This document shows, piece after piece, positions 53,725 through 63,061 of a stretch of 64,000 nucleotides of DNA (positions are counted from its first letter, which is position 1; each line of letters opens with the position of its first letter). The position numbers were made by a program, and so were the translations under genes. The notes beneath the pieces are model-generated. The model was not told where the DNA came from. It did no database searches and saw only the letters and a list, made by a program, of their open reading frames with translations. This DNA comes from an uncultured Chloroflexia bacterium (GTDB taxonomy: Bacteria; Chloroflexota; Limnocylindria; Limnocylindrales; CSP1-4). Location: the NCBI GenBank assembly GCA_963763775.1, contig CAVXPZ010000003.1, positions 640,001 to 704,000 of the forward strand, read 5' to 3'.

Positions 53725-54932
53725 GCGACTACACGCGGACGCTGCTGCCGATCCGCTGGCCGGATCGGCCGAACGCCGCGTACGACGTCGTGATCATCGG
53801 CGGCGGCGGGCACGGGCTCTCGACCGCCTACCACCTCGCCACGCGCCACGGCATCACGAACGTGGCCGTCGTCGAGGCCGACTACATCGCGAGCGGCAAC
53901 ACCGGACGGAACACGACGATCATCCGCGCGAACTACGGCATCCCGGAGGCGATCCGGTTCTACCAGCACTCGCTCGAGCTGTACCAGGGCCTCGAAGCCG
54001 AGACCGGCGCCGACATCCTCCACCAGACCAAGGGCATCGTCTGGCTCGCCCATACCGAGATGGCCATGCGCACCGAGCGGGCCCGCTGCGCGATGAACCA
54101 GGCCTGCGGCGCGCAGACCTTCATGCGGACGCCCGAGGAGCTCAAGGCGATCGTCCCGCAGCTCGACCTGACGGGTGGTGGCCGATACCCGGTCCTCGGC
54201 GGGTCGCACCATGTCGAAGGTGCGACCGCGCGCCATGACCGGGTCGCCTGGGCCTATGCCGCCCTCGCGTCGCAGCGCGGCGTGGACCTCCTGCAGCACA
54301 CCACGGTGACGGGCATGCGCCTCGAGGGCGACCGGGTCGTCGGCGTCGAGACGAGCCGCGGGCCGATCGCGGCCGGCGTCATCCTCTCCGCAGCCGGCGG
54401 CCGTGTCACGCAGGTCGCGGCGATGGCCGGCGTCCGCCTCCCCGTCCGCACCCACCCGCTCCACGCGTTCGTGACCAACGACCACGCGCCGGGCTTCCCG
54501 ATCATCCTGGCCTCGACCGAGCTGGCCTGTTACGTCTCGCAGACGGACCGGGGCCAGATGCTCATCGGGGCCGAGTTCGACAGCCAGCCGTCGTACTCGC
54601 GGCAGTCGTCGTTCGCGGCGCTGCGCTCGTATACCTACAAGATCACCCGCCTGCTCCCGTTCCTGGGCGAACTGCGGATCCTCCGGCAATGGGCCGGGAT
54701 CTGCGACATCTCGGTGGACTACAGCCCGATCATGAGCGCGACCGGCGTCGATGGCTTCTACGTCACGACCGGGTGGGGGACCTGGGGCTTCAAGGCGATC
54801 CCCGCGGGTGGGGAGGGGATGGCCGAGCTCATCGCCACGGGGCGGCCGTCGCCGCGCATCGCGCCATTCGGTCTGGATCGCTTCCGGCGCGACCACCTGC
54901 TCGCGGACGCCGGCTCGGCGGGGACGCGCTGA
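53721..54932 (+). CDS. soxB: Sarcosine oxidase beta subunit
   Basis: YDVVIIGGGGHGL, GNTGRNTTIIRANY, ARHD, GWGTWGFKA.P. Confidence 0.9.
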   Translation: MSDYTRTLLPIRWPDRPNAAYDVVIIGGGGHGLSTAYHLATRHGITNVAVVEADYIASGNTGRNTTIIRANYGIPEAIRFYQHSLELYQGLEAETGADILHQTKGIVWLAHTEMAMRTERARCAMNQACGAQTFMRTPEELKAIVPQLDLTGGGRYPVLGGSHHVEGATARHDRVAWAYAALASQRGVDLLQHTTVTGMRLEGDRVVGVETSRGPIAAGVILSAAGGRVTQVAAMAGVRLPVRTHPLHAFVTNDHAPGFPIILASTELACYVSQTDRGQMLIGAEFDSQPSYSRQSSFAALRSYTYKITRLLPFLGELRILRQWAGICDISVDYSPIMSATGVDGFYVTTGWGTWGFKAIPAGGEGMAELIATGRPSPRIAPFGLDRFRRDHLLADAGSAGTR

Positions 54933-55174
54933 TGCCCTGGCTCGACTGCCCACGCTGTGGCCGGCGCCCGCTCGACGAGTTCGTGTTCGGCGGCGAGCGA
55001 CGGCGCGTCCCCGACTCGATCACCGACCCGGACGAGCGCGACTTCGACGAGGTCTGGGTCTTCGAGAACCCCGACGGGCCGACGACGGAGCGCTGGTTCC
55101 ACGCGTTCGGCTGCCGACGCTGGCTGACGGCCCGCCGCGACACGAGCATCGACGTCGTCCTGGAGGTGCGCTGA
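54932..55174 (+). CDS. soxD: Sarcosine oxidase delta subunit
   Basis: CPRCG.R...EF..GG...ERWFH..GC.RW....RDT Zn site. Confidence 0.9.
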   Translation: MPWLDCPRCGRRPLDEFVFGGERRRVPDSITDPDERDFDEVWVFENPDGPTTERWFHAFGCRRWLTARRDTSIDVVLEVR

Positions 55175-56359
55175 TGGGCTCGCTCGCGGAGCGACGATTC
55201 GAGATGACCCTGCGGAATCGGGTCCTGTTCGGCGTCGGGGAGATCGAGCGACTCCCTGAGGTCGTCGGCGCGGTCGGCGGCTCGCGGGTCTTCGTCGTGA
55301 CGGACCCCGGCGTCCAGCGATCGGGCGTCATCGACCACGTGCTCGAGATCCTCCAGCGTGCCGGGGTCCCGGCCGGCGTGTTCGCGGACGTCGAGCCGAA
55401 CCCGGGCGCCACGACCGTCGAGCGGGGAGCCGTCGCGCTCGTCGACTTCGGGCTCGAAGGGACCGTCGTCGTCCCGGTCGGTGGTGGCTCGGCGATGGAC
55501 ACGGCCAAGGCCCTTGACCTGCGCGCGGCCAACCCGGCCGGCGCGATCTGGGACCTGCCGTACGACGGTGCGGACCTCGCCCCAGGACGGCCGCTCATCG
55601 CCGTACCGACCACGGCCGGGACCGGAGCCGAGACCAACAGCTACGGGGTCATCACCGACGAATCGGCCGGGCGCAAGGGCTACATCGGCCATCCGAGCCT
55701 GCTGCCCGCCGTGACGATCCTCGACCCGCGCCTGACCGTCGGCCTGCCGGCGGCCGCCACGGCGGCGACCGGCGTCGATGCGATGACGCACTCGCTCGAG
55801 TCGCTGCTGTCCGCGAACCCGAACCCGTTCGCCGAGGCCGTCGCGCTCGGCGTCATCCGGACGGTCGGCACGTGGCTGCGCCGCGCCGTCGCGGACGGCA
55901 CGGACCTCGAGGCGCGCTCGCAGATGCTCATGGCGTCGCACCTCGCCGGGGTGGGGCAGGCGAGCGGCACGGGGGTGGGGCTGGTCCACGCGCTCGGGCA
56001 CGCGATCGGGACCCGGGGCCGGGTCGCGCACGGGACGGCGCTCGCCGCGGTCCTGCCGGAAGTGCTCCGCTTCTATCTCGGGCGACGCGACCGGGAGCTC
56101 GCGCTCGTCGGGATCGCGCTCGGTGTCGCCATCGGCTCGGAGCTGGAGGCGACGGCCGCCGCCGTCGCGGTCGGGGCGATCGACCAGCTCCTCCGCGACG
56201 TCGGCCAGCGCCCGACGCTGCGCGCCCTCGGGCTCGCCGATATCGCCGATATCGACCTGATCGTCAGCGACGCCCTCGACGACGCCGCGATCCGCAACTC
56301 GCCGCGGCTGCCGTCAGGCGGACGAGGCGCGCGCGATCCTGGTGTCGATCGCCGGCTGA
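55174..56359 (+). CDS. Iron-containing alcohol dehydrogenase (GbsB-like; frameshift near 56320)
   Basis: VTD.G, VEPNP, GGGSAMD.AK, PTTAGTG.E, DAMTH, GLVHALGH, HG. Confidence 0.88.
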
Positions 56360-56387
56360 GCCCGGGCCGAGCCGGGTCGAGACGGCC

Positions 56388-57338
56388 TCAGCCGCGGTCG
56401 ACGAGCGGCTTCACCTGGCCCACGAACCGCTCGAGCGTCTCGGTGTCGAACGGCGCCGGCTGTTCGGAGATGACGGTCGTGAAGCCGAGCTCCACGTACG
56501 GCATCAGCTTCTCGGCGAGCTGCTCGGGCGTGCCGTTCCAGAACGTGTCGTCGTCCTCGACCTCGGAGAGCGGCGTCCGGTTGTGGGCCATGGCGGCCTC
56601 GCAGACCCGGACGGCCTCGGCCTCGGAGTCGCGGATCGTGAACTTGACGCCGAGCGTGAACTCGATGTCCGCGATGTCCCGGCCGACGGCGTCGCAGTGG
56701 CCGCGGAGCACGTCGATCTTGTGCGCCATCATCGGGACGGGGCCCATCGCGTTCCACATGTCGGCGTACTTGGCGACGGATCGGAGGGTCTTCTTCTCGC
56801 CCGACCCGCCGATCATGATCGGGAGGTGCGGCTGCACCGGCAGGGGCGCGTGGACCAGGTCGTCGAACGCGTAATGGCCGCCCGGCGCCGACGTCACGTG
56901 CTCGCCGTCGAGCAACGCCCGGATCGCGCCGGCGGATTCGTCCATCCAGTCGAGACGCTGGCCGAACCCGGTCCCGAAGTCGATGCCATGCGCCTGGTGC
57001 TCCAGGTCCATCCAGGCGCCGCCGATGCCCAGGATGGCCCGGCCGCCGCTGATGTGGTCCAGGGTCGCCACGGTCTTCGCGACCAGGCCCGGGTTGCGGA
57101 ACGTGTTGGCGCCGACCAGCAGGCCGAGCCGTGTGTGCTCGGTGGACGCGCCCCACGCGGCCAGCGACGTCCAGCCCTCGAAGATGGGCTGGTACGGATC
57201 GCCGAAGATCGCGTAGAGGTGGTCCCAGCTCCAGAGGTGGTCGTAGCCGAGACGGTCCACGAGCTTGGCGGCCTCGAGCTGCTCCGGCCAGCTGGCGCCC
57301 TGGTTCCAGAGCAGGATCCCGGTCTTCAGGTCGGTCAA
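56388..57338 (-). CDS. LLM-class (probably F420-dependent) oxidoreductase
   Basis: W.WDHL, EGW..L, LV..NTFRNP, TLDHISGGR..LG.G.W, IGGSGEKKTL. Confidence 0.88.
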   Translation of the reverse strand: MTDLKTGILLWNQGASWPEQLEAAKLVDRLGYDHLWSWDHLYAIFGDPYQPIFEGWTSLAAWGASTEHTRLGLLVGANTFRNPGLVAKTVATLDHISGGRAILGIGGAWMDLEHQAHGIDFGTGFGQRLDWMDESAGAIRALLDGEHVTSAPGGHYAFDDLVHAPLPVQPHLPIMIGGSGEKKTLRSVAKYADMWNAMGPVPMMAHKIDVLRGHCDAVGRDIADIEFTLGVKFTIRDSEAEAVRVCEAAMAHNRTPLSEVEDDDTFWNGTPEQLAEKLMPYVELGFTTVISEQPAPFDTETLERFVGQVKPLVDRG

Positions 57339-57394
57339 CGTGGGGGCCTCCGGATGGGCGGTGGGGAGGCCCCCAGTCTAGGGCCGCGGCCGTC

Positions 57395-58213
57395 TCAAGG
57401 CAGCGACTGGACGTCCTGCTCGATGAGGGTGCGGTCCTCGGCGTTGCCGATCCCGTCGAGCGACGCGACGGCCTTCGCCTTCCACTCGGCGGCCGCGCTC
57501 GTGTCGCCCGCGGTCACGCACGCCCGGGCCATCCCCTCATAGGCGGCTGGCAGGTCCCAGTCCTCGCGGTCCTCGTCGGCCTCCGCGAGTTCCACGCAGC
57601 GTCGGGCGTGCCAGAGCGCCGGCTCGGCGCGGCCCAGGACCGAGTAGACGCGCGCGCACTGCCACTCGCCGCGCGCGAGGTGGATGTCGTCGGCGAGCTC
57701 GCCCCAGTGATAGCGCGAGGCGTGCGCGGCGTGGATCATCTCGTCGTCCTGGGCGGCCGTCCGGGGATGCGTCTCGAGCAGCGTCCAGGTGTGGTTGAAC
57801 AGCCCGGCGGCGAGCGCTCGGCGCGTCGCCTGGTCGAGTTCGGGCGGACCGGGTGGCTTGGTCACGATGGGCTCCTTTCGTTCGACGACGCCCCGCACGT
57901 GGTGCAGGACGCGTTGGAGTCGGTAGGTCCGCGCCTCGATCCTGGCGCGATGGGCGTCGAGCCGCCGGGCCCGCTCGGCCGGGTCATCCGCGGCGAGCAC
58001 GTCGCGGATCTCCTCGAGCGGGACCTCCAGTTCGCGGAGGCGCGCGATCGTCTGCGCATCCCCGAGCTGGCTCGTGCGGTAGCGTCGGTAGCCGGTCATC
58101 TCGTCGATCTCGGCCGGCCGCAGCAGGTCGAGCTCGTCGTAGTGGCGCAGCGCTCCGACGCTCAGCCCGGCGAGCCGGGCGAACCGTCCGATCGACAGCA
58201 GGTCGTCGTCCAT
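57395..58213 (-). CDS. MerR-family regulator with helical C-terminal domain
   Basis: LSIGRFARL.G....LRHYDE..LL.P..D..TGYR.Y. Confidence 0.9.
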   Translation of the reverse strand: MDDDLLSIGRFARLAGLSVGALRHYDELDLLRPAEIDEMTGYRRYRTSQLGDAQTIARLRELEVPLEEIRDVLAADDPAERARRLDAHRARIEARTYRLQRVLHHVRGVVERKEPIVTKPPGPPELDQATRRALAAGLFNHTWTLLETHPRTAAQDDEMIHAAHASRYHWGELADDIHLARGEWQCARVYSVLGRAEPALWHARRCVELAEADEDREDWDLPAAYEGMARACVTAGDTSAAAEWKAKAVASLDGIGNAEDRTLIEQDVQSLP

Positions 58214-58219
58214 GGCGCC

Positions 58220-58250
58220 ATCGTGGACCCTCGGGTAGCCCGAGAGTCAA
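58220..58250 (-). promoter_or_regulatory. MerR-type promoter with 19-bp spacer and dyad
   Basis: Minus strand TTGACT-ctcgggctacccgagggtc(19)-CACGAT, 6 nt before the merR ATG; dyad CTCGGG-N3-CCCGAG. Confidence 0.85.
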
Positions 58251-58259
58251 GCCCTCGAT

Positions 58260-58538
58260 TCAGGCGTTGTCGAGTTCGCGGTCGATGGCGCGGAGGATGA
58301 AGCGCGACGCCTCGGCGCTCTTGCCGCCGAGCTTCTGGTCGTCGTCCTGCTCGAGGGCGACCATCAGGTCGCCGAGGTACTGGTCCATCGACGGCGTCCG
58401 CTCGAGGTCGCCGGCCGCGAAGGCCGCGTCGAGCCGGTCCGCCACGGCACGGGCGTTGTCCACGGCGTGGCCCTTGGCCGCGATCAGCTCGCGGACCTCC
58501 GAACGCGCGGCCTCGGCCGCCGGTCCCTGGGTCGTCAT
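58260..58538 (-). CDS. Small hypothetical helical protein (92 aa)
   Basis: MTTQGPAAEAARSEVRELIAAKGH...; RBS GGGAGG; ATGA overlap with the GNAT gene. Confidence 0.7.
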   Translation of the reverse strand: MTTQGPAAEAARSEVRELIAAKGHAVDNARAVADRLDAAFAAGDLERTPSMDQYLGDLMVALEQDDDQKLGGKSAEASRFILRAIDRELDNA

Positions 58539-59224
58539 CGCCACCTCCCGATCACGCGCCGCAGCCGGTCCGACGCACCCGCGGCGACCGGTTCCTCGAG
58601 GTCCGTTCCCGCGGCAGGTGCCGCCTCGAGGCTGCGCGCGTGGCGATCGACGGCCGGCCCGGCATCCCGTCGCTTCCGCCAGTCCGACTCGAGCACGCTC
58701 ATGGCCAGCTCGTCCCACCATCGGCCGTCGCGCCAGATCGACTCGCGCGCCCGTCCCTCGATGACGAAGCCGCAACGCTGGTAGGCGCGAACGGCCCGCA
58801 CGTTGAACTCGAAGACGAACAGCGCGATGCGGTGCAGCCCGAGCGTCCCGAAGGCGTGGTCGAGCATCAGCTGGGTCGCCTCGGTGCCGTAGCCGTGGCC
58901 CCACGCATCGGACTCCCCGATCGTGATGTGGAACAGGGCCGAGCCGTTCTCCGCGTCGAGCTGGCTGAAGGCGCACGTGCCGATCAGCCGGTCCGTCGCC
59001 TTGATGTGGACCGCCATGGCCAGTGCCTCGGTGCCGAGCACGCGGGAACGGAAGAACCGCTCGATCTCCTCCGGCCGCATCGGGGTCTCCTGGTAGCGCG
59101 CGAGGCGGGCGATCTCGCGGTCGGCGTACCAGCGTCGGAAGGCGGTCAGGTTCTCCGGCACGTGTCGTCGCAGGACGACCGTCGAACCGGCGATCGATGT
59201 CGGGAACCACGTCCGATCCGCCAT
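58535..59224 (-). CDS. GNAT acetyltransferase (RimJ/RimL-like)
   Basis: LIG, WGHGYGTEA, LHRI.L.V..FN.RA...Y.RCGF..EG..RE. Confidence 0.88.
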   Translation of the reverse strand: MADRTWFPTSIAGSTVVLRRHVPENLTAFRRWYADREIARLARYQETPMRPEEIERFFRSRVLGTEALAMAVHIKATDRLIGTCAFSQLDAENGSALFHITIGESDAWGHGYGTEATQLMLDHAFGTLGLHRIALFVFEFNVRAVRAYQRCGFVIEGRARESIWRDGRWWDELAMSVLESDWRKRRDAGPAVDRHARSLEAAPAAGTDLEEPVAAGASDRLRRVIGRWR

Positions 59225-59251
59225 GGGAGGGCACGGTATACCATCCCCGCC

Positions 59252-60964
59252 ATGCGCCGCTGGAGCGAGCTGGCGGAACGCCTTGCGGCCACCACCCGGA
59301 CGTCCGAGAAGACCGCGCTGCTCGCCGACTACCTCCGCAGCCTGACGCCCGACGAGCTGCCGATCGCGGCGGTCTTCCTCACGGGCCGCCCCTTCGCCGA
59401 GGCGGACCAGCGGTCAGCTGGCCTCGGCTGGTCCGCGATCGTCACGACCATCGCGGAGATCGCGGGTGTCGAGCGCTCCGCCCTCGGTGCCGCGTACGAC
59501 CGGCACTCGGACCTGGGCCTCGCGGTCGCCGACGTCCTGGAGGCGGCGGGCCACGATCCCGCCGACCCGCCGCCGACGCTCCCCGAGGTCGCCGCCACCT
59601 ACGCCGCCATCGAGACCGCGTCCGGCCCGTCCCGCAAGTCTGCGATCCTCCGTGACCTCCTGGTCCGGTCGGATCCCCTCACCGCGAAGTACGTCGTCAA
59701 GGTCCTCGCCGGCGAGCTGCGGATCGGCCTGCGCGAAGGGTTGCTCGAGGCCGCGATCGCCCAGGCCTTCGACCGCCCGCTCGATGCGGTCAAGTGGGCC
59801 GGGATGCTGGCTGGAGACATCGGCCGGCTCGCGTCGCTCGCGCGCGACGACCAGCTCGACCAGGCGACGATGACCCTCTTCCACCCGCTCAAGTCCATGC
59901 TGGCGTCGCCCGCCGAGGATGCGGACGAGATCATCCGGCGCCTTGGCCCGGAGGTCTGGGTCGAGGACAAGTACGACGGGATCCGGGCGCAGCTCCACAA
60001 GCAGGGCGCTGACGTCCGGCTCTTCTCCCGCGACCTCCACGACATCACCGGGCAGTTCCCGGAGGTGGCCGAGGCGGCTCGACCGCTCGCCTGGGACGGC
60101 ATCCTCGACGGCGAGATCCTGGCCTGGAAGGACGGCGGCGTCCTGCCGTTCGTGAGCCTCCAGGCGCGACTCGGTCGCAAGGACCCTACGGACGAGATCC
60201 GCGCCCAGGTCCCGGTCATCTACGTGGCGTTCGACGTCCTCGCCGTGGGGCCGGGCGACGGGGCCCCGGTCGACCCGCTGTTGCGGGAGCCGCTCACCGA
60301 GCGACGGCGCCGCCTCGATGTGCTCGACCTGCCCCTGGCCGCTGCCGGAGGCCGGTTCGCGCGTTCGAACCTGGTCGCCGCGGCCGATGCCGACGCCCTC
60401 GAGGCGGCCTTCTCGGCCGCCCGCGCGCGACGCAATGAAGGCCTCATGGTCAAGGACCCCACGAGCGGCTACTCCCCGGGCCGCCGAGGCCTCGGCTGGC
60501 TGAAGATGAAGAAGGCCCTCGCGACCATCGACTGCGTCGTCGTCGGCGTCGAGGTGGGCCACGGCAAGCGGCATGGCGTCCTGTCGGACTACACGTTCGC
60601 CGTCCGCGACACGGCCAACGACCGATTCGTCACGATCGGCAAGGCGTACAGCGGCCTGACCGACGCGGAGATCGCGGACATGACCCGCTGGTTCGAGGCG
60701 CACACGGTCGCGCAGTTCGGCCGGTACCGGCAGGTGGAGCCGACGGTCGTCGTGGAGATCGGCTTCGACGTGATCCTGCGGTCCAACCGCCACAAGTCGG
60801 GGTTCTCGCTGCGCTTCCCGCGCATCGTCAACCTCCGCCCCGACAAGACGCCCGACGAGATCGACACGATCGAGACGGTGACGGCCCTCTACGAGGGTCT
60901 CCAGGACGGCGCGGAGCACCTGGTGACCGCCGCGGCCCGCGCCGCGGATGCCGCTACCGACTAG
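59252..60964 (+). CDS. ATP-dependent DNA ligase (LigB-like)
   Basis: EDKYDGIR (KxDG), LDGE, FDVL, EGLMVK, WLK.K, SLRFPR..LR.DK. Confidence 0.93.
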   Translation: MRRWSELAERLAATTRTSEKTALLADYLRSLTPDELPIAAVFLTGRPFAEADQRSAGLGWSAIVTTIAEIAGVERSALGAAYDRHSDLGLAVADVLEAAGHDPADPPPTLPEVAATYAAIETASGPSRKSAILRDLLVRSDPLTAKYVVKVLAGELRIGLREGLLEAAIAQAFDRPLDAVKWAGMLAGDIGRLASLARDDQLDQATMTLFHPLKSMLASPAEDADEIIRRLGPEVWVEDKYDGIRAQLHKQGADVRLFSRDLHDITGQFPEVAEAARPLAWDGILDGEILAWKDGGVLPFVSLQARLGRKDPTDEIRAQVPVIYVAFDVLAVGPGDGAPVDPLLREPLTERRRRLDVLDLPLAAAGGRFARSNLVAAADADALEAAFSAARARRNEGLMVKDPTSGYSPGRRGLGWLKMKKALATIDCVVVGVEVGHGKRHGVLSDYTFAVRDTANDRFVTIGKAYSGLTDAEIADMTRWFEAHTVAQFGRYRQVEPTVVVEIGFDVILRSNRHKSGFSLRFPRIVNLRPDKTPDEIDTIETVTALYEGLQDGAEHLVTAAARAADAATD

Positions 60965-60967
60965 CGG

Positions 60968-61810
60968 TCAGCGCTCGACGGGCAGATCCAGGCGGTTCCC
61001 CCATTCGGCCCAGCCGCCGTCGTACACCGCGACGTCCTCGTGGCCGAGCAGCATCAGCACGTACGCGAGCTTCGCCGCGGCGACACCGGAGCCGTCGTAG
61101 CAGACCATCCGCCGACCACGGGTCACGTTCGCCGTGTGGAGGAGGTCGCGCAGCGGTCCTCCATCGCGGAGCTGCTGGCCCCCCGGCTGGCTCGTCGCCC
61201 CGACGGGGACGTTCACGGCGCCCGGGATGTGCCCGAGCCGTTTCGTGTTGCCCTCGAAGCCCTTGAACTCGGCCGCGGCCCGCGCGTCGAGGAGGGTGAC
61301 ATCCGGCGCCCCGAGGAGACCGCGGACGTCGCCGGTGGTCAGGCGCATCTGGTTCGGGGCACGCAGCGCGAGTGTCGTCGGCTCCGGGTGCACCTCGGCG
61401 TTCGAGATCGGGCGGCCCTCCTGGGCCCAGACCGGGAACCCGCCGTCGAGGACGCGGACCGATTCGAGGCCGTACGTCCGCAGGCTCCACCACGTTCGCG
61501 CGGCGAACAGGCTCTGGCTGTCGTCGTACACCACGACCGTGCTGCCGTCACCGATCCCGAGCCGCCGGGCGAGGGCCGCGACCCGGTCGGGGGAGGCGAG
61601 CAGCAGCACGTCGCCGCCGTCCCCCTCGTCGACGAGGTCCACCCGCCAGTCGACGTGGACGGCACCCGGGATGTGGCCCGCGGCATAGACCGATGGGGCG
61701 CTCCCGTCGGGGCGCCAGCGCGCGTCCACGACCCGGATGCCCGGGCGCCCGGACTGCTCGGCGAGCCATTCGGTCGTGGCCAGGTGTTCGGGTCGGGCCA
61801 GGCCGCTCAT
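60968..61810 (-). CDS. Tandem-domain rhodanese/sulfurtransferase (SseA-like)
   Basis: VDARW, Y..GHIPGA, VVVYDD, LDGG, GHIPGA, VYDGGWAEW; active-site loop reads VCYDGSGV. Confidence 0.88.
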   Translation of the reverse strand: MSGLARPEHLATTEWLAEQSGRPGIRVVDARWRPDGSAPSVYAAGHIPGAVHVDWRVDLVDEGDGGDVLLLASPDRVAALARRLGIGDGSTVVVYDDSQSLFAARTWWSLRTYGLESVRVLDGGFPVWAQEGRPISNAEVHPEPTTLALRAPNQMRLTTGDVRGLLGAPDVTLLDARAAAEFKGFEGNTKRLGHIPGAVNVPVGATSQPGGQQLRDGGPLRDLLHTANVTRGRRMVCYDGSGVAAAKLAYVLMLLGHEDVAVYDGGWAEWGNRLDLPVER

Positions 61811-61828
61811 CGTCGGTATCATACGGCC

Positions 61829-63061
61829 GTGGTCGTCCCCTTCTCGCCCGACGCCGAGCGCCTCGCCGCGGTCCGAGACGCGCTGCCCGCGCTCGGGGCC
61901 GGGATCTACCTGAACACGGGGTCGGTCGGCCCGCTGCCCGCCGAGACCGCCGCGGTGATGGCCGAGATGGCCGAGCACGAGCTGCGCGTCGGCCGCGGGC
62001 ACATGGACGGCTACCCGGAGTTGCTCCAGCGGCTCGCGGAGGCGAGGGCCTCGGTCGCCGCCGTCCTCACCACGGACCCCTCGGCGATCGCGCTGAGCCA
62101 CTCCACGACGGACGGCGTCAATGCCTTCGTCCTCGCGCTGGACCTGCGGGCGGGCGATCACATCGTCACGACTCGTCAGGAGCACCCGGGCATCCTCGGG
62201 CCGGTCGCGACCGCGAAGGCGCGCGGCGTCGAGGTCGCCTACGTGGACATCGGCGACGGCGGCGACGACCAACGGACGCTCGCGGCGATCGAGGCGGCGA
62301 TGACCGAGCGGACCAGGCTGGTCGCGGTGTCGCACGTGCTCTGGACGACCGGGGCGGTGCTCCCCATCGCGCGCATCGCCGAGATCGCCCACGACCATGG
62401 CGCGCGCATCGTGATCGACGGGGCACAGAGTGCCGGTGCCATCGCGATCGACCTCGACGCGACCGGGGCCGACGGCTACGCGATCCCCGCGCAGAAGTGG
62501 CTCCTGGGACCCGAAGGGATGGGGGCACTGGCCGTGCGCCCGTCGATCGTCGGGGACCTGACGCCCGCCCTCGGCGGCTACCTCAGCCTCGAGTCGTTCG
62601 ACCCAGCCGGCGCCGCCGTCTTCCAGCCGGATGCGCGCCGGTTCGAGTGGTCCGGCTGGCACCGCCCGTCCGTGGTGGGGATGGCCCGCTCGATCTCCTG
62701 GCTCTCGATGTTCGTCGGGCTCGACTGGGTCTATGCGCGCGGCGGGGCGATGGCCCGTGCCGCCGCCGACCGACTCGCGGCGATCCCGGGCGTGGAGGTC
62801 CTGACCCCCAGCCACCAGATGGCGACGCTGGTGACGTTCCGGATCGACGGCTGGACCCAGGGGGAGGCCATGGCCGAGCTCGGCGCGCGGGTGTTCGCGA
62901 TCATCCGGACCATCGATGCCCTCGAGGCGATCCGCATCAGCGTCGGCTTCTTCACGGGCGACGAGGAGCTCGACCGGTTCCTGGAGGCGGTGGAGCTGCT
63001 GGCCACGCATACGCCGGAGACGATCCCGCCACGCCGGACCCTCACGATCCTCCCGGGATGA
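61829..63061 (+). CDS. Class V PLP aminotransferase (EgtE/C-S lyase-like)
   Basis: YLNTGSVGP, STTDG, EHP, SHV.W.TG, DGAQS.G, QKWLLGP.G. Confidence 0.88.
   Translation: MVVPFSPDAERLAAVRDALPALGAGIYLNTGSVGPLPAETAAVMAEMAEHELRVGRGHMDGYPELLQRLAEARASVAAVLTTDPSAIALSHSTTDGVNAFVLALDLRAGDHIVTTRQEHPGILGPVATAKARGVEVAYVDIGDGGDDQRTLAAIEAAMTERTRLVAVSHVLWTTGAVLPIARIAEIAHDHGARIVIDGAQSAGAIAIDLDATGADGYAIPAQKWLLGPEGMGALAVRPSIVGDLTPALGGYLSLESFDPAGAAVFQPDARRFEWSGWHRPSVVGMARSISWLSMFVGLDWVYARGGAMARAAADRLAAIPGVEVLTPSHQMATLVTFRIDGWTQGEAMAELGARVFAIIRTIDALEAIRISVGFFTGDEELDRFLEAVELLATHTPETIPPRRTLTILPG

Noticed and set aside
855-56359. About 17 frameshifted genes read as pseudogenes or programmed frameshifts
   Set aside because: Short indels hit unrelated genes that otherwise keep intact motifs, with no evident slippery sites; best explained by long-read consensus error
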